A program made the translations under genes and the position numbers. The notes beneath the pieces were generated by a model. That model saw only the letters and a program-made list of their open reading frames with translations. It made no database searches and was not told where the DNA came from. From Ktedonobacterales bacterium (GTDB lineage: Bacteria; Chloroflexota; Ktedonobacteria; Ktedonobacterales; JADMIN01): DNA of 32,000 bases. The stretch lies in NCBI GenBank assembly GCA_030167145.1, contig CP126532.1:4830001-4862000 (forward strand), in the 5' to 3' direction. Below, piece after piece: positions 19,330-28,550 of this stretch; position 1 is the first letter of the stretch, and every line of letters begins with the position of its first letter.

Positions 19330-20652
19330 TTACTGGTCCAGAGTTGCTGTGGCGACGGTGGGAAGTGAGAACCAGAAGATAGCGCCTGCGCCTGGTGCGC
19401 TGTCAACGCCGACATGGCCGCCGTGACGCTCGATCAATTGACGCGTGATAAAGAGGCCCAAGCCCAGACCCACCCTGGAGCCGCTCTGCACTTCGATGCC
19501 TGGCACGCGATAAAATCGGCCCCAAATGCGCTCCTGGTCCTCTGGCAGCAAGCCTGGTCCTTCATCGCGTACACGAACTATGACAGATTGGGCGACATCA
19601 CCTTCTATCGCAATGTCCACTGTGATTGGCCGGCTCTCTGGCGAATATTTTAGGGCGTTGGTCAGGTAGTTGGTCAGCGCCTGGCGCAACTGATCTGGGT
19701 CTCCATTGCACATGGCGCGCTGCTCCGCTCGCGTCACGATAATCGTCCGCTCTGGGTAGATCACCTGCTGCTCGTTGATACAATCGCGTACCAGCGCGAC
19801 CAGATCCAACTCTTCGAGATGCAATTCAAGTTTGCCGCCCTGAATCCGAGACACCTCCAGCAGATCGGCTACCAGCCGCTCCTGTCGTGTGATTGCGGAG
19901 GAAGCCCGCGTGACGAGTGTGCGCGTCACTATGTCGTCGGCGCTAAGATTGTGCTGCTTGTCTCGCGTCGCACGGCGCTCAAGCAATTGCAGAATGAGTT
20001 TGAGTGTGGTCAGCGGAGTGCGCAACTCGTGGCTTGCGATGCCGATAAACTCGTCCATCCGCCGGTTGGCCTGGGTCAGTGAAGTCACCAGCTCCTCGGC
20101 GCGTGAGCGCGCGGCCTCTGCCGCGCTGCGGGCGCTGGCCAGCTGGCCAGCGAGCATACTGACGGCGGAACCGATGGCAACAAACACGAGTAGCCCCCAT
20201 ACATCGGCATCTTCGTCAATGGCAAACGAGAAGGGCGGCGGGAGGTCGAGAAAATCGAGCATGAGCGCGCCAAACCAGGTAGCGAGCAGACTAGCCCCAG
20301 CCCCGAAGGCGAGCGCGGCCAGCACCACGCCCAGCAGGCTAAATGCATCTACGAAGCCAAAGTCCGGCAATACGCGGATCACCAGCAGCATCAACAGTGC
20401 GGCCAATACCTGGCCCAGCAGCGCCAGTACGTAACCAGTTCGGGGGCGCCGCCAGCCAGCCGGGAGCCAGGTAGGCGTGAGTGAATTGGCGCGGAACCAC
20501 TGCTCGCCACTTCGCGCGACCGCTACACACTGGCGCCACACGAAGGCTATAGACCAATTCTCCTCGACGCCAGCTTCGGCAGGCGGCGCATTCGACTCAG
20601 GGTGCTCCTCCTCGTGCTGGGAGTTCGTGGGGTCCAAGAACCATACCTCCAA
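19330..20652 (-). CDS. Membrane sensor histidine kinase (orphan)
   Basis: H-box SHELRTPLT, N/G boxes (NALKYSP, DEGPGL, GLGLGL), N-terminal TM bundle. The track start is a TTG, so the true start is uncertain. Confidence 0.85.
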   Translation of the reverse strand: MEVWFLDPTNSQHEEEHPESNAPPAEAGVEENWSIAFVWRQCVAVARSGEQWFRANSLTPTWLPAGWRRPRTGYVLALLGQVLAALLMLLVIRVLPDFGFVDAFSLLGVVLAALAFGAGASLLATWFGALMLDFLDLPPPFSFAIDEDADVWGLLVFVAIGSAVSMLAGQLASARSAAEAARSRAEELVTSLTQANRRMDEFIGIASHELRTPLTTLKLILQLLERRATRDKQHNLSADDIVTRTLVTRASSAITRQERLVADLLEVSRIQGGKLELHLEELDLVALVRDCINEQQVIYPERTIIVTRAEQRAMCNGDPDQLRQALTNYLTNALKYSPESRPITVDIAIEGDVAQSVIVRVRDEGPGLLPEDQERIWGRFYRVPGIEVQSGSRVGLGLGLFITRQLIERHGGHVGVDSAPGAGAIFWFSLPTVATATLDQ

Positions 20653-21112
20653 CTCGGATGCAGTGACCTGTTTGGGTCATCAGGTACGTGCTCACGGCAG
20701 CACAGACGATTTCACCCATTTCGGCAGGAACTATGCCGACGCGACGGCTCCTCTGGCTTCATTACAACTCTATAATCTGCTCTCCCCGAATGTCGTCTCG
20801 CCAGAGGGATTTGGCAAGGGGATTGAGGATGTTTCGCACCTCCTGCTGCTCGTGGCCCCATGTCGTCGCTCGCATTGCGGCTCGGCAGCTAGCACGCAGC
20901 GGATGTGGAAGACGTCGGTAGGTAGGGGCAAGTGCGGAGAAGTTTCAGCGACCATGGAGATACAGGCATATAATAGCAGCAGCGGCTTTCGCGGCCAGGC
21001 GCAGGTTGGGTGTGCACGTGACGTGACACCTCCTGTGCGCCGTGTCACGGTCGCTGGCGGGTGCCGCCACTGCCGCTCCGTAACCGATGCTGCCGCGATG
21101 AGGGAGGTGAGC

Positions 21113-24100
21113 ATGCCGATTACGCTGCACATACGGCTGCTTGGCGGATTTAGTGTACGCGCTGACGACACCTCCGTGAGCGGCCTCAACACGGCGCGAC
21201 TGCAATCACTCTTCGCCTACCTGGTGCTACATCGTGACACCCCTGAACTGCGTCAGCACGTCGCGTTTCTTTTTTGGCCCGATTCAAGCGAGGCGCAGGC
21301 GCGCAATAATCTGCGCCAGATCGTGCATTTGTTGCGCCTCGCTCTGCCCGACGCCGACCGTTTTCTGATTGCGGATAACCACACGCTCGGATGGCGACTT
21401 GATGCTCCATTTCGTCTCGACGTCGAAGAGTTTGAGCGTGCGTTGGCTCAAGCGGATTCAGCTGCGCGCCAGGGTGAGCCAGCGGCGGAGTATACCGCAT
21501 TGGAGCAGGCGGATAGCCTCTACCAGGGAGATTTGTTGCCCAGTTGTTATGACTCCTGGATCACACCCGAACGTGAGCGACTTCGTCAGCGGCATCTGCA
21601 CGCGCTCACGCGCCTAGTGGCTCTGCTGGAGGCACGGCAACAGTATGATCGCGCCATTCATCACGCGCGTCGCATTATTCGCGATGATGCGCTCAACGAG
21701 GAGGCCTATCAGAACTTGATGCACTTGCTCGTCCTGCAAGGCGACCGCACGGGCGCGGCACGTGTATACCATGCTTGCGCGTCCGTTTTGCAGCGTGAAT
21801 TGGGCATACATCCCAGCCGAGCGACGCGCGAAGCATACGAGCAATTAGTGCGGGGGAACGCAGGCGATACCTCAGCCGTCGTGGGACATCCCGCCAGCTT
21901 CATCACGCCGACTTTAATCGGGCGACAGCTTGGATGGGAACAATTGCAGACGGCCTGGCGTCGTGCCAATGATGGACAACCGGGCTTTGCTCTGGTGACT
22001 GGTGAAGCAGGTATCGGCAAATCTCGTCTGGCCGAAGAACTGTTGCTCTGGGCGAACCAACAGGGCGTGTTGACAGCGAAAACGCGCTCATATGCCGCCG
22101 AGGGGCAGCTCTCGCTCGCGCCGGTGATCGAGTGGCTACGCAGCGAGCGGCTGCGACCGCATCTAGCGCGTCTGGACTCGGTGTGGCTCGTAGAAGTAGC
22201 GCGCATCCTTCCAGAGCTATCGAACGAATATCGGGACCTGCCGCTGTATCAGCCAATAAGCGAATTGGGGCAGCGCCAGCGCTTCTTCCAGGCGCTTGCC
22301 CAGGCGGTGCTTGCCGCGCCACCGCCGCTCCTGCTGGTAATTGACGACTTGCAGTGGTGTGACCAGGAAACCCTGGAATGGTTGCACTTTCTCCTACGCT
22401 TCGATCCTTCTGCACGCCTGCTTGTTGTTGGTTGCGCGCGCTCCGAAGAACTGCCGCCGGACCACCCACTGCGGACATTGCTGCGGCATCTGGGCAACAC
22501 GATTGGAGTCACCGAGATCGCTTTGCAACCGCTGGATGCAGCCGAAACCGCTCAATTGGCACACCGGCTTGCCAGCCGAGAGCTGGATCTGGACACCACG
22601 ATGCGCCTTTTTCGCGAAACCGAGGGAAATCCTCTGTTCGTCGTGGAGGCGATGCGAGCTGGACTTGACCAATTGCCAGGGGGGCCAGAGCGGGACGCGC
22701 ACTCTGCAAGCAGTGTTCATGAGTGGCTGGCTTCCAGCCCCATCGGACTCTCGCCGCGTGTCCAGGCGGTGATCGCCGGGCGGCTGGCGCATCTCTCGAC
22801 GCCTGCGCGCGAATTTGTTGGGCTGGCCGCAGCCATTGGTCGGGAATTCCAACTGGATGTGCTGGCGCATGCCAGCACCACGGACGAAGAAAGCGCTCTG
22901 CGTGCGCTGGACGAGCTGTGGCAGCGGCGTATCGTGCGTGAGCAGGGCACGCGCAGTTATGACTTCACTCACGACAAATTGCGCGAGGTAGCCTATGCCG
23001 AGATCAGCGCGCCCCAGCGCCAACTAGTACATCGTCGTATCGCGCGGGCGCTTGCAACCATCCACGCCGACGACCTTGACCCGGTCAGCGGCCAGATCGC
23101 GACGCAATATGAGCGCGCGGGCATGAGCGAACAGGCTATTCCGTTTTACCAGCGTGCGGCGGCAGTAGCCCGCGGCGTGTACGCAAACGAAGACGCCATC
23201 GCCTTCCTCGGGCGGGCGCTCGCGCTTCTCCAAGACCTGCCTGCCACGACGAAGCGCGACGAGCAAGAATTGGCCCTGCAATTGGCGCTAGCCCCCATTT
23301 ATCGTATTACGCGTGGCTGGACTGCCCCTCAGTTGGAGCAGGTGGTCAACCGCACATTGCTATTGTGCGATTTGGTCGGCGCCGATGGGCAGCGCGCCGA
23401 TGCGCTGTATGGCTTGCAAGCGTTGCTAGTGGTGCAAGGGAAACTTGAAAAGGTGCAGGTGGTTGCGGACGAATTAGAGTCACTCTACCAGCGCATGCAA
23501 GTCGCCGCGCCGCCGCTTTCACGGATGATGCTGGCAGGTGCTCGCATGCATCTTGGCCGATATGCTGATGCTCGCGCTGCATTCGAGCACGTGCTGACCC
23601 ATCGCGACCCGCTGCAACAGCGAGACCTGCAAGAGTCGCAGGGGTGGAACTACGCGGTTCACACACGTGCCTGGCAAGCTCATACCTTATGGCTCTTGGG
23701 GTACCCAGCGCAGGCGCTCGCCTCCGGAGAGGAAGCGATCCACCTGGCGGGGGAGTTGATACAGCCCTTCAACCAAGCATTGGCGTCTACGTATCTGGCG
23801 ACGCTGCATCAGTTGTGTAGCGACCATGCAACGGCTCGGGCGAGCGCCGAAAATGCGCTGGCTCTGACGAGCGAGTACAAAGCGCCCTACTACCACGCAT
23901 GGTCTGCTATTTTGGTCGCCTACGCCGAGGCGTGGGAACAGCCCGATGCAGAAGCCATCCTGCGGCTGCGCAACGCGATTGAGGATTTCAAGGCGAGTGA
24001 CGCCCGGCTCCGATTGCCGTACTATCTCTGGCTTGTAGCCCGCGTCCAGACCCAAGGTGGGCAGACTGAGGAGGCGTTGGCGACGCTAGACGAGGCGCTC

Positions 24101-24415
24101 GCCGTCTCACGTGCGCATAACGAGCGCTGGTGGGATGCCGAACTCCACCGCCTGCGCGGCGAACTGATGCTGGCACGGGGCCAGGATGACTACGACGTAG
24201 AAGCTGCATTGTTGCGCTCACTGCAGGTTGCCCGCGCACAAGAGGCCAGATCGCTGGAATTGCGTGCTGCCATGAGTCTGGCGAAGTTGTGGAACGCGCA
24301 GAATCGCGCCGAAGACGCGCGGCGTCTGCTTGCCGAAGCGCACGGATGGTTCACTGAAGGCTTCGACACACCAGACCTGCTTGCAGCCAGTTTGTTGCTT
24401 GTGCGCTTGGCATAA
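21113..24415 (+). CDS. SARP/AfsR-like regulator: OmpR-type winged helix + BTAD + P-loop NTPase + TPR (STAND architecture)
   Basis: The ATG at 21113 follows GGGAGGTGA (21102-21110). IRLLGGFSV...RLQSLFAYLVLH; the BTAD region (YQGDLL...EEAYQNLMHLLVLQGDRTGAARVYHACASVLQRELGIHPS); Walker A GEAGIGKSRL; Walker B LLLVIDDLQWCD; TPR-like C-terminus. The 212 upstream codons in the track ORF are rejected. Confidence 0.85.
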   Translation: MPITLHIRLLGGFSVRADDTSVSGLNTARLQSLFAYLVLHRDTPELRQHVAFLFWPDSSEAQARNNLRQIVHLLRLALPDADRFLIADNHTLGWRLDAPFRLDVEEFERALAQADSAARQGEPAAEYTALEQADSLYQGDLLPSCYDSWITPERERLRQRHLHALTRLVALLEARQQYDRAIHHARRIIRDDALNEEAYQNLMHLLVLQGDRTGAARVYHACASVLQRELGIHPSRATREAYEQLVRGNAGDTSAVVGHPASFITPTLIGRQLGWEQLQTAWRRANDGQPGFALVTGEAGIGKSRLAEELLLWANQQGVLTAKTRSYAAEGQLSLAPVIEWLRSERLRPHLARLDSVWLVEVARILPELSNEYRDLPLYQPISELGQRQRFFQALAQAVLAAPPPLLLVIDDLQWCDQETLEWLHFLLRFDPSARLLVVGCARSEELPPDHPLRTLLRHLGNTIGVTEIALQPLDAAETAQLAHRLASRELDLDTTMRLFRETEGNPLFVVEAMRAGLDQLPGGPERDAHSASSVHEWLASSPIGLSPRVQAVIAGRLAHLSTPAREFVGLAAAIGREFQLDVLAHASTTDEESALRALDELWQRRIVREQGTRSYDFTHDKLREVAYAEISAPQRQLVHRRIARALATIHADDLDPVSGQIATQYERAGMSEQAIPFYQRAAAVARGVYANEDAIAFLGRALALLQDLPATTKRDEQELALQLALAPIYRITRGWTAPQLEQVVNRTLLLCDLVGADGQRADALYGLQALLVVQGKLEKVQVVADELESLYQRMQVAAPPLSRMMLAGARMHLGRYADARAAFEHVLTHRDPLQQRDLQESQGWNYAVHTRAWQAHTLWLLGYPAQALASGEEAIHLAGELIQPFNQALASTYLATLHQLCSDHATARASAENALALTSEYKAPYYHAWSAILVAYAEAWEQPDAEAILRLRNAIEDFKASDARLRLPYYLWLVARVQTQGGQTEEALATLDEALAVSRAHNERWWDAELHRLRGELMLARGQDDYDVEAALLRSLQVARAQEARSLELRAAMSLAKLWNAQNRAEDARRLLAEAHGWFTEGFDTPDLLAASLLLVRLA

Positions 24416-24487
24416 CGCTCTGCTAACGCTTTGGGTTTATACGTAACGCGCATGCCCGCACAAGGGTATTGCACGTCTGGCCCTGCG

Positions 24488-24519
24488 TAACTCCTTCATA
24501 ACGCTACCCCTGGTATGGT
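24488..24519 (+). promoter_or_regulatory. SARP-style promoter: two heptamer direct repeats at 11-bp spacing, 8 nt upstream of a -10 box
   Basis: TAACTCC (24488-94), ttca, TAACGCT (24499-505), 8 nt, TATGGT (24514-19). More TAACGC(T/G) copies at 24413, 24424 and 24444. Confidence 0.45.
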
Positions 24520-24588
24520 GTTGTCAACCCCACATAAACGCTGGGGCGCTACGCCACAACGGGGCGAACACAACACAAGGAGTAACGT

Positions 24589-25995
24589 ATGACTTTGGCG
24601 CAAGCACCGCAGACTGCCCCCAATGAGGAGGCAGTCAACGAGCTGAAAGCGCGCCTGCGCGGAGCGCTGATTCTTCCGAGTGACACAGAGTACGAAGCGG
24701 CACGCAAAGTGTACAACGGCATGATTGATCGCCACCCAGCGCTGATCGTGCGGGCCGCGGATGAGGCAGACGTGATGAGCGCTGTCAACTTCGCCCGCGA
24801 GCAGCATCTCACGCTGGCTGTGCGCGGTGGTGGGCACAATGGCCCGGGATCGGGTACCTGCGACGATGGTTTGGTGATTGATCTCTCGCGGATGAAAGGT
24901 GTGCGCGTGGATCCAGCCAACCGGACCGTGCGTGTCGAGGGTGGCGCCACTTGGGGCGATGTTGACCACGCGACGCATCCCTTTGGGCTGGCCACGCCCA
25001 GCGGCTTCGTTTCCACGACCGGCGTGGGCGGGCTGACGCTGGGTGGCGGCATTGGCTATCTCTCGCGGACGTATGGGTTGACCTTGGACAATCTGCTTGG
25101 CGTTGACATGGTGCTGGCGGACGGCAGCTTTGTCACTGCGAGTGCTGATGAGCGCCCAGACCTGTTTTGGGCAATACGCGGAGGTGGCGGCAACTTCGGT
25201 GTGGTGACGTCCTTCTTGTTTCGCCTGCACCCGGTCAGCATGGTCTATGGCGGGCCGATGCTCTGGCCATTGGAGCAGGCGTCGGAGTTACTCAAGTTCT
25301 GGCGCGACTTCATCTTGAACGCGCCCGAAGATATTAACGGCTGGTTTGGCTTTTTAACTGTGCCGCCCGTGGATCACTTCCCGAAGCAATATCAGCTTCA
25401 GAAGATGTGCGCGATCACCTGGTGCTACAGCGGACCAATGGAGCAGGCCGAGCAACGCTTCGCGGCGATCCGTGCCTTCGGGCCGCCCGCAGTGGATTTC
25501 GCCGGGCCTATCCCCTGGCCAGCGTTACAAAGCATGTTCGACGCGCTGTTCCCGGCTGGGCTTCAGTGGTACTGGAAGGCGGATTTCTTCACCGACCTGA
25601 GCGACAAAGCGATTGATCTGCATGTGAAGTACGGAGCGCAGCTACCGACGCCGTTCTCTACGATGCATCTGTATCCCATCAACGGCGCAGTACATCGCGT
25701 GGATAAGGACAGTACCGCCTTCAACTTCCGCCAGGCCAACTTCGCCGAGGTGATGGTGGGCGTTGACCCCGATCCTGCCAATAACGACCGTATGATCCAG
25801 TGGGCCAGAGATTACTGGTTGGCGCTGCACCCGTATTCTGATGGCGGTGGATACATCAACATGATTATGGACGAGGGCGAAGATCTGGTGAAGGCGGCAT
25901 ACGGCGAAAACTATGCGCGGCTCGCGCAAGTCAAGGCCAAGTACGATCCGACGAACCTGTTCAGCGTGAATCAGAACATCAAGCCGAGCGCTTAA
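24589..25995 (+). CDS. FAD-linked oxidase with berberine-bridge-enzyme-like C-terminus (FAD_binding_4 + BBE)
   Basis: 468 aa. AAGGAG lies 6 nt upstream. LAVRGGGHNGPG; C-terminal GGYINM...NYARLAQVKAKYDPTNLFSVNQNIKP. Confidence 0.9.
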   Translation: MTLAQAPQTAPNEEAVNELKARLRGALILPSDTEYEAARKVYNGMIDRHPALIVRAADEADVMSAVNFAREQHLTLAVRGGGHNGPGSGTCDDGLVIDLSRMKGVRVDPANRTVRVEGGATWGDVDHATHPFGLATPSGFVSTTGVGGLTLGGGIGYLSRTYGLTLDNLLGVDMVLADGSFVTASADERPDLFWAIRGGGGNFGVVTSFLFRLHPVSMVYGGPMLWPLEQASELLKFWRDFILNAPEDINGWFGFLTVPPVDHFPKQYQLQKMCAITWCYSGPMEQAEQRFAAIRAFGPPAVDFAGPIPWPALQSMFDALFPAGLQWYWKADFFTDLSDKAIDLHVKYGAQLPTPFSTMHLYPINGAVHRVDKDSTAFNFRQANFAEVMVGVDPDPANNDRMIQWARDYWLALHPYSDGGGYINMIMDEGEDLVKAAYGENYARLAQVKAKYDPTNLFSVNQNIKPSA

Positions 25996-26137
25996 CCCGC
26001 TCTGGCCTCCCCGTGCGCACACTTCGCCCGCTGCGGCTCACTTCGGCCCGGCGGGCGAGTCGCTACCTTTTTCTGATGTGTCTGGATAGTACTCAGATCG
26101 CCGCCAGAAAGCCGCTGCGGCACGGCTGCTGAGGGCA

Positions 26138-26746
26138 TCAAGCATGCCCAGACGATGTCACGAGCCGAATGCGCACCAACACCACGAAGTGCGCTGCCTG
26201 CTGGACGGCGTTGAGGTCGGGCTGACCATCGACATCCAGCGGGACGTGATATGCCCGCGCCATGCTGGGATGTTCGCGCAGATGCGCACGTAATGCGGCG
26301 GCAATAGCTGGCCAGTCGTGGGTGATTGCTTCAGCCGTGCCTGCGAAGCGCTGACGCTTGACTTCCACGACAACCGGCGCGCCTCTTTCCACATTCTTCC
26401 ACCAGGTATGGTGCGTAAACACGGTGACCACGTCGCCCACTCGCGAATAGGCGACCGGAATCGTATAGCGTCTGCCGCTCGTGCGGCCCGTGTAGGTGAG
26501 CAATAGCAGGGTGTCGCTCAGCACACCGTGGAACGGCGAACGTAAGAGCAGTCGTACCAGCGGGTTCACTGCGGTCATCTTCGGCGGGGCTTTCGGCGGC
26601 TGGATCACTGTGCCTTCGGGTTCAGCCTCGGGTTGGGGATGTAGGTACTCAATGGCCAGCGTGCGCTGCTGCTCGAATGGGTTCGGCAACGAGTCTGGCC
26701 CGGCAGGTGCTGGCGCGTGCGGCACTGGGTGTGGTGGCATGTACAT
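26138..26746 (-). CDS. DUF385 / deazaflavin-dependent nitroreductase-like (split-barrel) protein with Pro-rich N-terminal extension
   Basis: The ATG at 26746 lies 6 nt after AAGGAG. The core LLLLTYTGRTSGRRYTIPVAY...VVVEVKRQRFAGTAEAI resembles the F420H2-dependent reductase family. Confidence 0.55.
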   Translation of the reverse strand: MYMPPHPVPHAPAPAGPDSLPNPFEQQRTLAIEYLHPQPEAEPEGTVIQPPKAPPKMTAVNPLVRLLLRSPFHGVLSDTLLLLTYTGRTSGRRYTIPVAYSRVGDVVTVFTHHTWWKNVERGAPVVVEVKRQRFAGTAEAITHDWPAIAAALRAHLREHPSMARAYHVPLDVDGQPDLNAVQQAAHFVVLVRIRLVTSSGHA

Positions 26747-26910
26747 ATGGCACTCCTTTGGCGGTCGGCAATCAGCCCCTTCATGCCTATGATAGTCCCG
26801 CCACTTCACATAGGCGTCACGCGTGAGGCTGCACCATCACACGCATCTCTCAAGACGAGGTGCCTGACCAGGTATATGGCGCATTCGCAAAAGTGGTTCA
26901 AATGATGTGT

Positions 26911-26950
26911 TGTCAGGTATGGTCAGATGCCGTCAGATGGGGTCAGATAC
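26911..26950 (+). repeat. Four helically phased 10-bp direct repeats GTCAG(A/G)Tnnn
   Basis: gtcaggtatg / gtcagatgcc / gtcagatggg / gtcagatacg, starting at exactly 26911, 26921, 26931 and 26941. Confidence 0.9.
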
Positions 26951-27015
26951 GGCCAAGAGGCGCCATGGATCCGCGGGGATAGGGGTGAGGGTGCGGCCAG
27001 GACGTCGCTTCACTG

Positions 27016-27045
27016 TTGACAGGATGGTGTGCGCTTCTGCATAAC
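27016..27045 (+). promoter_or_regulatory. Putative promoter of the imuB-dnaE2 cassette
   Basis: TTGACA (27016-27021), 18-nt spacer, -10-like CATAAC (27040-27045). Confidence 0.5.
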
Positions 27046-27048
27046 GAT

Positions 27049-27062
27049 AGAACATGCGTTCT
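27049..27062. promoter_or_regulatory. LexA (SOS) box, GAAC-N4-GTTC type
   Basis: AGAAC ATGC GTTCT has perfect palindromic arms. It lies directly after the -10 and 27 nt before the imuB ATG. It is the only such site I found in the window. Confidence 0.75.
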
Positions 27063-27088
27063 TGTTTAGCGAAAGGGAGGCGGTCGGT

Positions 27089-28543
27089 ATGCGTGAGCTA
27101 CAGGCGGACGATGTGGTGTGCGCGGCGCTGCCGGAGGTGGGGGCAGCAGACGTGGTGGGGACGGCTGAGTATGTGGCGTGGGTGCAAATCCAAGATGTTC
27201 ACCGTGCGCTAGGTGCGGATACGGCGCAATGGGACCAGACATGGCAGCGGCTGTGCTGGCAGGTGACGGCACGGATGGAGATCGTGGAGGGTAGAGAGGA
27301 TGGGAAGGCGGAACTTAAGGGGAGCGATACGCATGGAGCGCATAGAGCGGGCGCACTGGCGGGCAGCCCTCTTCGGAACGACTCAGAGGGACTGCGCTTC
27401 ACTGGTGCGCTGCTGGCGCTGGGGTGGTGCGCGGCGACGGAGGCGGCGGGTGTGGCGCACGGGCTGGTGGGACGGCTGGCGGCGGCAGGCTACCGGGCGC
27501 GGATGGGCATCGGGCCAAATGCGACGCTGGCGCAATTGGCGCTCCAGTGCGGGAGAGCGGCGAGCAAGCTGAAGGGGCAAACGGTGGTGGTGGTGACGCC
27601 GGGGGAGGCGGTGGAGCGGTTGCTGGCGCGGACGCCGGTGGGGGCGCTGGCGGGGCTGCATCCGCGCGGGGTGGTGACGGCGGAGACGGTGGAACGATTG
27701 CGGCGGTATGGGCTGCGGACGTTGGGGCAGGTGGCGCGGCTGGTGGAACGCTCCGGGGAGGTGGCGCTGCGGCGGCAGTTTGGCCCAGTGGTGGGGGGCG
27801 CGCTGGTGGCGCTGGCACGGGGCGAGGAGCTACGTCCGTTGCAGCCGACGATGCAGCCGGAGACGTTGCGCTGTCGAGTGCGCTGGGTGATGGGTGGCTC
27901 GGCGACACAGGTGGGGGTAGGGCTGGGGAGGCTGGCAGAGCGAATCGCGGGGACGCTGGCGGAACGGGAGCAGGCGGCGGGACGGCTGCGGCTGCGGGTG
28001 GTATGGGCGCATGGTGGGGTGACGGAAGCGGAAACGCGGCTGCGCGAGCGCATCTCTGAGGCGCGACGGGTGGCGGAGGGTCTGCGGGCGCTGTGGGAGC
28101 AGTTCGTGGACCAGGACACCGACCACGGCGCAGAACATAGGGAAAATGGGCAAGGCAGGCAAGGCTGGGAGCGGCGCGCTGAGGTAGCAGACGTGGCAGT
28201 GGAGATAGAGGATTTGGTGGTGGTGCGACCAGCGCAGGGGGCCTTCTGGAAAGGGAGCGTGCAGCAGAATGCGACACTTTCGGTGCTCCGTGCGCGCGTG
28301 CGCGAGCGATTTGGTACGGGGTCGCAGGGGTTGGGACAGATCACATGTGTCGCGCCGGAGGCGGTGTTTGCGGAAGAGCGGTATGTGGTGGATGAGGGGA
28401 GCGATGAACAGATGGGCGGGCACCCGACACGGCCCACGCGGCTGGCAGGGGAGCGAGCGGCAGTGAGGACGGCAGACGGCAGCGCGGAGCGCGTCTGTGG
28501 CAATCCCTGGGCGGACGTGCCGCTGCGCTTGCATTGGTGGTGA
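27089..28543 (+). CDS. imuB: ImuB-like Y-family DNA polymerase homologue (probably catalytically inactive)
   Basis: The ATG at 27089 lies 8 nt after AAGGGAGG. MGIGPNATLAQLAL corresponds to the Y-family GIAPNKxLAK motif. An HhH/thumb region follows (LPVGALAGLHP...VERLRRYGLRTLGQVARL), then little-finger-like strands (RLRLRVVW...VAVEIEDLVVV), then QGAFW (28235-28249), a candidate beta-clamp motif. I could not recognise an N-terminal acidic catalytic triad. Confidence 0.8.
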   Translation: MRELQADDVVCAALPEVGAADVVGTAEYVAWVQIQDVHRALGADTAQWDQTWQRLCWQVTARMEIVEGREDGKAELKGSDTHGAHRAGALAGSPLRNDSEGLRFTGALLALGWCAATEAAGVAHGLVGRLAAAGYRARMGIGPNATLAQLALQCGRAASKLKGQTVVVVTPGEAVERLLARTPVGALAGLHPRGVVTAETVERLRRYGLRTLGQVARLVERSGEVALRRQFGPVVGGALVALARGEELRPLQPTMQPETLRCRVRWVMGGSATQVGVGLGRLAERIAGTLAEREQAAGRLRLRVVWAHGGVTEAETRLRERISEARRVAEGLRALWEQFVDQDTDHGAEHRENGQGRQGWERRAEVADVAVEIEDLVVVRPAQGAFWKGSVQQNATLSVLRARVRERFGTGSQGLGQITCVAPEAVFAEERYVVDEGSDEQMGGHPTRPTRLAGERAAVRTADGSAERVCGNPWADVPLRLHWW

Positions 28544-28550
28544 GCAAGCC

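Noticed and set aside
19128-19415. The upstream extension of the TetR ORF (18369..19415).
   Set aside because: It would overlap the histidine kinase 3' end. The TetR HTH begins soon after ATG 19127 or 19094.
21001-21010. The 10-mer gcaggttggg, identical to the dnaE2 repeat unit plus one base, in the HK/SARP intergenic region.
   Set aside because: It is a single short match with no flanking similarity. It is compatible with chance in 32 kb of GC-rich DNA.
20477-21112. The upstream 212 codons of the 1312-aa track ORF.
   Set aside because: They overlap the kinase gene start on the other strand and have Cys/Ser/His-rich odd composition. A strong SD plus an ATG at 21113 precedes the winged-helix domain.
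24496-25230. The 244-aa and 167-aa minus-strand ORFs.
   Set aside because: They are antisense to the FAD-oxidase gene, whose plus-strand translation has clear FAD-binding and BBE motifs.
26025-26072. CGCCCGC...GCGGGCG hairpin followed by cttttt after the FAD oxidase gene, considered as an intrinsic terminator.
   Set aside because: The stem is short with a long, partly self-pairing loop, and the T-run is 10 nt away from the stem. It is too weak to list as a feature.
26974-26996. G-runs GGGGataGGGGtgaGGGtgcGG as a G-quadruplex upstream of the imuB promoter.
   Set aside because: There are only three runs of three or more G. The fourth tract is GG, so it does not meet the usual four-tract criterion.
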